A stretch of DNA of 64,000 nucleotides from contig MU054323.1 in NCBI GenBank assembly GCA_013239625.1, positions 18,308,819 to 18,372,818 on the forward strand, written 5' to 3'. This DNA is from Lama guanicoe (Eukaryota). Under the pieces are notes generated by a model. The model saw nothing but the letters and a program-made list of their open reading frames with translations. It was not told the origin of the DNA and searched no databases. Below, in pieces: positions 13,586-21,963 of this stretch (the stretch's first letter is position 1; each line of letters begins with the position of its first letter). The position numbers were made by a program, and so were the translations under genes.

Positions 13586-13921
13586 CTAGCAAAAGGACAG
13601 GCAGAAAATCAGCAGAATGAATTGCACTGGTTTGCAAGCAGAGCTTGTGGAATTAGTAAGCTAAAAGTCACACCCAGATGCACATGGCATGAGCAATGTT
13701 AGTTCAGGGACTGAGTGGTCATAGATCACTGTTATGTAGGTCTCAGAAGTGAAGCAGGAAATGGGGCAAGTGTCCTACGAGCCAAACCAGATGGTGTGAA
13801 GGAACCTCACACCCCACAGCAGGCAGTGCAGCCAGATTCCTGCTGGTATCGGAAATGGAGTATCTGTGCTTCAAGTTACTACTTCCAGAGGCATCATGAG
13901 ACGGAAAGCGCTTGGTGTGAC

Positions 13922-13985
13922 TGTAATAGGGATGAGCAAATCTGATTCCATATTAGATCTGTTCCTTTAGCTCTAACCCTGTGCT
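13922..13985 (+). mobile_element. 5' fragment of the same LTR family as 5494-6017
   Basis: tgtaatagggatgagcaaatctgattccatattagatctgttcctttagctctaaccctgtgct aligns to 5494-5557. Confidence 0.85.
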
Positions 13986-14904
13986 CCACTTTGGAAGCCT
14001 ATTGGTGCCAACAACATAGCCTTGAGCAGGCCATTTCCCCAGGTTTCCCACGTGTGGAATAGAGATAATAGTACCTGCTCTGTCCATATCACAGGTTTGT
14101 ATCAGGGTCAAGTAACATAATGTCTGGGAACATGCTTATTTATTTCCTGGGCAGTCTGAATGAGAGAACGTTGCACGCACTGGCAGGCTTTGCAAGGATA
14201 CACCATTGTTGCACCTTGGATGGATTACCTAGGTCTAGGATTTTCATTAAACTCCTGCTTCAACTGACTGCCAGATCTGCTTACTGTTGCTTGTTACCGA
14301 GAGCTCCCAGAATGGACCAATCATGAGATTGGGACTTGGTGCCAACTCTGCCAAATGTCTGCCATCTAAACTTGCACACAGCATTTCTGTTCTCTTGGAT
14401 TCAGTTTTCTCAGTTGTAAACTGAAACTGAACTTGAAGGGGATTTGTTCCTCTGACCTATGTACTGGAGTTACTAAAGTGTTTCTAACTGTCAGAATTTT
14501 CAGAGCTCAGCTTCCTGAAAAAGCCAAGTGCTTTATGGAGTCTATTGAGCAATGAGTACAATATGATTGGAAGAGTGACTTTTAAAGAGGCATATTGATT
14601 GTTACATACTTTTAATTAATCAGGAAACTCTTGAGCAGTCTGTTTTGGGAATCAAATGTGCCTCTTTCTCTCCAAATTGAACCAGAATACTTAACTTTAT
14701 TAAAAATATCCAAATTCAGGTAATCTATTTCTCCCACTTTGGGGTCCCCCTCATTTTTCATTTGACTAGAATTCATACTGTTGGCATTTAAGAGACATAA
14801 TGGGACTTTGGATTAAAAAGGATTAACATGAAGGTAGGAATGAAGGAGTTGGGGGAACTAAAAGTGCTGGGATCAAACAGTAATTACGTGGCGTTGGACT
14901 TAAA

Positions 14905-15095
14905 GTCAGAGGCCCAGGCTCTAAGTGCTGGATGGGTGATTTGGAGTAGAGTGATTTATCTCTTTGAACCTTTGTTTTCTCTCTTGTAAGTGAGAACACT
15001 AAAATCTTATTCCATAAGGTTGAGGATTAAATGATATAATGAATAAGAAATGCTTTACAAACTCTAAGAAGCTATAATGTATAGGGGTTATCATG
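14905..15095 (+). mobile_element. MIR SINE
   Basis: MIR core-like text ctctttgaacctttgttttctctcttgtaag...gaggattaaatgatataatg. Confidence 0.65.
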
Positions 15096-17509
15096 TTATG
15101 TGCCTGGAGGGTCAAGGGGGAATTACATCACAGGTCCCAACAGGGGCCTTTCACTGAGATAAAGTCTAGGAGCAACAGGTTAAGATCGGCAAATTCCAAA
15201 AGCACCTTTAGTATTTAATGTTCATCACTAATGAGATCTCTGAAATATAGGTATTGGGTTGTGGACCAAATGACTTTTTCAGTTTCCATATATCCTGCTT
15301 CAAATTTAGATTTTCACACTCAGCTGCACAAGACCACGTACAAGCTGCAGACAAAGTCCAAGAGCTTGATTAACTCTTCTCTACGGCCCCTGTATTTCAA
15401 AGCCTGGACTTCAAAGCCTCAAACTGACTTCAAAGAAAAGTTCTTTAGAGCTTACAGCTGCTTTTCACAGTGTAGACCTGAATTTTCGGACACTTCCCAG
15501 AGGCGTCTATAGAGGGCGGATCCCAGGCATTCTGGCCTAGTTCAGAAGTGGAGAAGCCAGTGGAGAGGTTCCTAGAGAGTTCTGCAACATTCTCTCATTT
15601 TAACTGCATCAATTTCAAACTTTGGGAAGAGGTGGTAACAACAAGATAGTTGCTATTGGAGACTAAAGTTCGAGTCATAAGAAAGAACTTAATGAAGTAC
15701 ATGAAATGATAGAAAACCTTTGGAAGAAGGGAGGCTGTCCTCTTGGATGCGTCATGTGTCCAAGACAGGAAAGGCTGGACATTACTGGACAGGTGTTCTA
15801 GAACTTGAAATGAACAATCTCTGAGGAAAGAAGACTAGGATCCCACTGCCTAGCTACTGAAAGGGAAGATGCTTCAAGTGATATGGAAAGAAGGCCCTAA
15901 CAAAGGAATCCTGACATATTCAGTGATAAGAAAGAAAGATATCCAAACACAGCCATGCATTTTAACAAGGCATTCTGCAGCCAAAGACTCTAAGTTAAGG
16001 TCTCATTATCAGGCTCCACAGGGCTGAAGAATCTGTAGACATTGTCCTATTCCTACAATGATTCCCTTTTTTTCCTTTTAAAAAATTTTAAAAAATTACT
16101 TCAAGGAAGCCATGAAGGCTGGCTTGCCAAATTCCTACCTTCCTCAAAGCGCACAAGGTTAATTAACTTATTGGGTGATAGAATCACAACATTTCCAAAG
16201 AGATGCCAATAAATTAAAATGATGGGATAAAAAAAAAAAGGAGGAGATAAGTTTTAAAAATAAATGTAAATTCCTGCACTAGGATTCAAAAATAGCTTCT
16301 TTGGCGGTGCAGAACTGGAGAGACTTGACCTGGGAGAGCGTCAGTGAATCAGGGTTAAGAAATCCTCTATGAGGACTTGTCCTCTGTAACTTTTTTATCC
16401 TTCAATTTCCATGTCTCCAAGAGCCTATGAATCATTTTGCCATTAAATGCAGTGTCCAAAGAGAAGCAGTGGAGCGTGATGGCCCACGTGAAATTGCACG
16501 TATTCAGAAAGTTCCACTTGGGACAGAATCATGTTGGAACTACTTGATCATGAGCTTACATTAAAGGTTGTTTAAGTCAACCCCATCTCCCACCATAACA
16601 TTTTCAAAATTAGAATTTTTTAAAATATTTCTTTTCTAAATATTCTTATTCCACCATCTGATTTCAGGCAAAATAATTAGACTATGGATATCTGTATAAT
16701 TATATTGGAAAATGCTATGGCCATTAGGATGGCCTTTCAGAGACATCCTCAACCTGCAGCTTCAGACAAATCAGACCTTCCCTTTAAAGTTTATCTCCCT
16801 CTCTAAATCTACATAGAGGATTCTGAAAGGGTAAGAAAATAGGGTCAAGGAGATGATGCTGTAAGGAAATGTCTTCCTTCTGCACACAAGGAAATAACTT
16901 TAGAGTTGTGCTAAAAAAGCAAACAACGGTAGCTGGGTACCGTTCTGAATTTAAGACTTTTAAACTTCTTGACTGGCATTTTGAGTTTTTACAGAGTACT
17001 CTGTAATGTGCTTCACATGGCAGACATGTTATTCATGACCGTGTTACGAATGCTAACACTTCTCAGATTGGTGTGGTGGGATGAGGGCAAGGCACGCTTT
17101 GTCCGCTCCCATCAGGGCATTATATACAATTAGGATTCTGAGCCTGGGCCTTGGAGCAGGCTTGGCTGTCAACTGCTGTGTTTCCTTGAGCTCAGCAATG
17201 GTTCCATTTATTCTGGTGCTCTCAGGAACATTGAGCAAGGTACACTGCCCATCTTCAGCGCTATGTGAACATTTGTAAACTGATCAGTATCAAAATGTGA
17301 ATAATTACAGGTTCTCCATACAAATTTGCTCATAAATAAACACAACACGCACACTGTTAATGTGTAAAATGTTAAATGTGTAGAATCAGCAAGAGCACGC
17401 CATGTGCCACAGCTAAATGTTAATACAAGTTACAAAGGATGTGGTTTTTGTTTGATATTGAAGGGTATTTGGGGGAAGATGAGGAACATTAAAAAAACAA
17501 TTGTCTTAC

Positions 17510-17524
17510 CATACAAGTATTTTC
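17510..17524 (-). CDS. SLC8A1: NCX1 cassette microexon E (15 nt): GKYLY
   Basis: ttttaatgaag|GA AAA TAC TTG TAT G|gtaaga; phase 1-1; 114-nt intron from exon D. Confidence 0.96.
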
Positions 17525-17638
17525 CTTCATTAAAAGCAAATAAAAATGAGAAATAAATTTATAAAAAGATAAACAAAACATGGTGAGAACAGACAGTAAG
17601 AAATAAAATTTGATACATGAGACTTTAAAAGTTCATAC

Positions 17639-17656
17639 CTGTTATTGTGAAGCCAC
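17639..17656 (-). CDS. SLC8A1: NCX1 microexon D (18 nt): GGFTIT
   Basis: ttttctag|GT GGC TTC ACA ATA ACA G|gtatga; phase 1-1. Confidence 0.97.
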
Positions 17657-18085
17657 CTAGAAAAGAAAAAAAAATAAATGTTACAATTTATTTAATTTAT
17701 ACTCTAAGTAAATACCACTGACATCAGATTGCCTGACAACCCACCCAAGGTACAAAAACTTGCCAAATTATATTTACAATTAAGAAAAATGTGAAAACAC
17801 CCACGTATGCTTTAAACACTAATCATTTTTTTAAGATTATGAAGTTTAGTGCACAAATTTAGTTATTGTACACATCTAAGAAATCACTGATTTTTAAAAA
17901 GCTTGTACTAAACTAATCGTGGAATATGAACTCTCTGACCTTTACAAAATTATGAGGCCAATGGTGCTAAACAAGCTTGCTAATAAATCAATAGAAATAA
18001 AAGTCAGAAAGCTATTATATCACCTGACAGAAATGGAAAATAAACTAGAAAAATGGCAAGGAAATGCAAGAAATGAAATGCTTAC

Positions 18086-18106
18086 CAAGCTCATTCAATA
18101 ACAGGG
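18086..18106 (-). CDS. SLC8A1: NCX1 cassette microexon C (21 nt): ALLLNEL
   Basis: ccttcacag|CC CTG TTA TTG AAT GAG CTT G|gtaagc; symmetric phase 1-1. Confidence 0.97.
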
Positions 18107-20695
18107 CTGTGAAGGAAACAGACAAAGACAAACACAGAATAAGAGACCAGATGAATAATGAAAGTAAGAGGAATATCAGCAGAAAGAAATCCAGGCAGAT
18201 CTGATTACACTAGTGGGGAGCTGCTGCTAAAAAAATTGGTGCACGCCAAGTAAACGTGGCAGCGGGAAAATTTCCAAATAATCCCAGCACTAATTTCTGC
18301 AGATGTGTGCGATTGGTTGGATACATAAACAATTCACTTCGTATAGTATTTCTTGACATTTAAGAGAACATTTCTACTTCATGTTTATACACAACGTATG
18401 TATCTAGCTTACCAAATATAGTAGAAACATTTTAGGAAGTTAATCCTAAACTTTATTCGAGTGAGTCTTCCTCTTGAAATAGTGCCTGGGAGTTATTAGT
18501 TAATTCATCACATGGAAGTCTCAAATCATTCACGATCTCTGGTACTGTACTTTTCATTCAAGGAAAACAGAGAAAACATCTTAGGAAATTCCACTTTGGC
18601 CGCCCAAGGGGAAACTCTCTTATTGGAGGTTCTACTTGCATGATACTTTGGCCATCAAAGAATGCTTACACTTTAAAAATCCTCAAAACTTGAGTGCCAG
18701 GAATTCCCAGTGTGACTTCTGCCCTTTATAAATGGACAACCAGAATGCTTCTTGTAGACATATAATTCCATGGAAACTGACAAGGTAGGGAGGGGAGGCA
18801 TTGGGGGTGCAGGGCGGGGGTTGGGGGTGTGCAACAGATAATAGTTTGTTTTTCAGATTACATGCTTTAAACCCCGATTAAGGGGTAGCACTTTCTTTTG
18901 GTGAAAGCTACCTGTGTAAATGTATCAAATAAATAACTTCCAGAGTTGTGGATGGGAATGATACAATTACTTTTTCAGGCCCACTTTTCTCTCTAATGGT
19001 AGTGGCATTAGTGGATACTTCCTAAAACAAATCAGTAATCTTATTTATAGTGACAAGGATCCACTTGGCAGGTGAGGAAGCAGATAGTGTGCTCAAGGAA
19101 TTTAAATTTGCTTTTAAGAGAAGGCATATTTTACTAAAATGACAATTGAAAGAGCTGTACCCAAGATGCTCTTCCTTGAGAGGAAAGGCAGTTCTTTAGA
19201 GGAATACATTTAGAAGTAAGTGCTTTTTCCTGTATGTTAATGAGGAATTTTTGACCCGTCTTTGTAAGAAATCAGCACAGTTTTCTAAAGTGTCCTTCCC
19301 TTTCACCTGCTGCCTATGGAGCATGTTAAATAAGACTGCCTTGAAAGGGGTCCCCCGTGCTTCTTTCTCCATCATTCCAAAGGCTCCTGCTAGCATTCTG
19401 AGCATGATGAAAGCTGGGGACATATACTTTGTTTTTGTTTTTGTTTTTTTTCCCAAAGGACTCTGAGGCCACTGAATTTTTCCAAAAGTGGGATTAGTTA
19501 AATTCCCCCAAATGTTGGGCCCATATAGCAATTAGTCCTTTGTGTTTGATGTTTTTCTTTACATGTACACATTTCTTGCAAAGTGGTTATCTCATCATGT
19601 ACACTGCCTCTCGTCAATTGTTTTATACAATTAACAACTGCAAGAGCAATTAATACATACTGTGCTCATTTACATACATATGTAAATGTACGGTATTGCT
19701 TTGAAAAAGGCCACTGTTAATGGATAATTATAGGAAGCCCTCACAATAATTCAGAATTTTAAAAAAAACTATTTTTAAAGCTGGTATAAAATTCCTGTCC
19801 TTCTTTCTCAAATATATAAGCCATATAAAATAGATATAAAATCAAAGAAAGTGAAAAAAAAACCCCAAACTGGCTTCTTTAAATATTTTCTAAAAATATA
19901 AATACAAATCAACCAAAAAAATCTAATTATAAGGATACTGCTGTTTCTTTTTTTTTTTTCTCTATATGTTAGAAATTTGTCAATTCTACAAGACTCAAAA
20001 GATTTTGAAGCATAAGGTTGGATAGGCTTGAAGGAAGGGCTCAGTTCTTACTGAACTACCATAGCCTTCCTACTAAAGAAAATCGGTGTGGTTGTGGTTT
20101 CAGACATATGGTCCCTTTTAAATGTCATATCTGATGATATGAAAATTGAAAACTATGCCAAAATGAACATTAGGATATCGATAATACGACTCTTTAAGAA
20201 TCTTTGTTCTTATTAAGTATTTTTGTTTTGAAAGCTGGCTTCTCTAAGGAAACCTAATTATTGAGTTCTTCTGAATTTCCTATTAGTTTCCATGAGACTC
20301 ATCCACCATGACTAACAGGTATTATGTAGACTTTATCTCTACCATTCTAGGAGATATCTAACAGCTGGAACCAAATTTTAGAATGATTCCTGAATAGTGA
20401 CAACCTAAACACATAAAGCCTTCTCTGACATCATCACTTCTGAATTACAGAAATCTCTTCCAGTGTTTATGAAATCTGGTTTCAATCAAGGTAAGCTGGC
20501 ATTTCCTGAAGAAAATGGGCATTGCCTGGTGCACTTGGGAATCAGGGAAGGGAAATGAAATTGCTAAAGCTTCAAAGGAGATGAAGTATAGTTCTTGGAA
20601 GCCGAGGAAGAGGAGAGAGTTAAGTGTGAGAGTAGGGAGACACGGAGAGAGAAGAGTACAATTTCTCGCTGGTATGTCTTTGTATACTCTCACAC

Positions 20696-20799
20696 CTTTC
20701 ATTCCTCTTCTTATCCATTTTGGTTCCTCAAGCACAAGGGAGAAACTGCACTCTTTCTCATATTCCTCACGGTCATATATTCTAATGGTAATGATCTTC
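20696..20799 (-). CDS. SLC8A1: NCX1 mutually exclusive exon B (104 nt): KIITIRIYDREEYEKECSFSLVLEEPKWIRRGMK
   Basis: Acceptor ttcccacag|G AAG ATC and donor AAA G|gtgtga. Same phases as exon A. The peptide matches NCX1 exon B (Arg/Cys at the 578/585 positions). Confidence 0.98.
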
Positions 20800-21342
20800 C
20801 TGTGGGAACACAAGACAAAGGCAAAACAAATGGTTGGAGTCACACGCTCATGCTAGGTGTTCACCAGGCAGAATGTTACTGTGATGTTATGGAGGGAGAA
20901 CTGGCCACACATGGGCCCCCGGAAGTATGTAAAAGGGCATCTGGGTGCTCTCAGCTGGCCCTTGCTGAGTTTTCTTTGTTCATTCATCGCTTTCACCAAT
21001 TCTTCCTGCTTCAAGGAACAGGCGGGAGGTGCCCCAAATTGTGAAGAGAAAAAAGAAAGCTGGCTTTATTTGGGTGTAGCAAGCATCAGCACCAACTTTC
21101 CCAGAAATGGAGACTTGATTAATATCTGATTAATATCTCAGACTGTAATGTGAAGAGTGGCCAAAACTGATGGCTGATGGAGCTGTAGGCCGGGTCCACT
21201 GTGGCCCCAGCAGAGAGCTATGCCCTGTTACATAGGCAGAGGGATGTGTGCTTTGTAAGTCACATTCTGAAGAGTGCAGGCATCCAGGGGTGGCACAGGC
21301 CAGCAGAAGCTGTTGGGCTCAACCCTGGAGCAGCTCCCCCAC

Positions 21343-21449
21343 CTTTCTTCTCACTCATCTCCACCAGGCGGGGCTCTCCAATCTCAAGGAAGAAGGTCTT
21401 GTTTTTCTCATACTCCTCATCATCAATTACCTTGACTGATATTGTTTTG
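21343..21449 (-). CDS. SLC8A1: NCX1 mutually exclusive exon A (107 nt): KTISVKVIDDEEYEKNKTFFLEIGEPRLVEMSEKK
   Basis: Acceptor ctgtttcag|C AAA ACA and donor AAA G|gtgggg. Phase 2 in, phase 1 out. The peptide matches NCX1 exon A (excitable-tissue form, Asp578/Lys585 in canine numbering). Confidence 0.98.
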
Positions 21450-21916
21450 CTGAAACAGAGAAGAATAGAAATTGACGAACAAGGGGAAGAGGAAAGAGGA
21501 GAGAAGGAATGACGAGAAGAGGAGAGCAAGGTTAACGAGCTGCACTTCCAGACGAACGGCAACCGAGCAGCGTCTGTGCTGTGAGACTGTCCTTCCAGAA
21601 GGGGTGTGGGATGGGTCTGCGAGACTGGCGAGGTCACCCGATGCACAGCTCCCCTGCCCAGCACCACAGAATTATTTCAGCCAAAATATAGCACTCATAC
21701 AAATGGGTTTATCATCACCACAAGAAGGAGAAAAACACAGATCACAATAATAAGAGAAAAATACATTGATTTAGTAAATGCCTTCACCATAGGATTGTCT
21801 GAGCTGTGCTCTGAAACTCACTCCTTTGAAACAAATCAGTAAATTACATCAAAATAGGAACAGAGGTTTATCTCTGAGTAATAGGCATCTGGGTCTTTTT
21901 TTTTTTTTTTGGCTTT

Positions 21917-21963
21917 NNNNNNNNNNNNNNNNNNNNNNNNNNNNNNNNNNNNNNNNNNNNNNN
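21917..21963. other. Assembly gap (47 N)
   Basis: Run of n characters. Confidence 1.
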
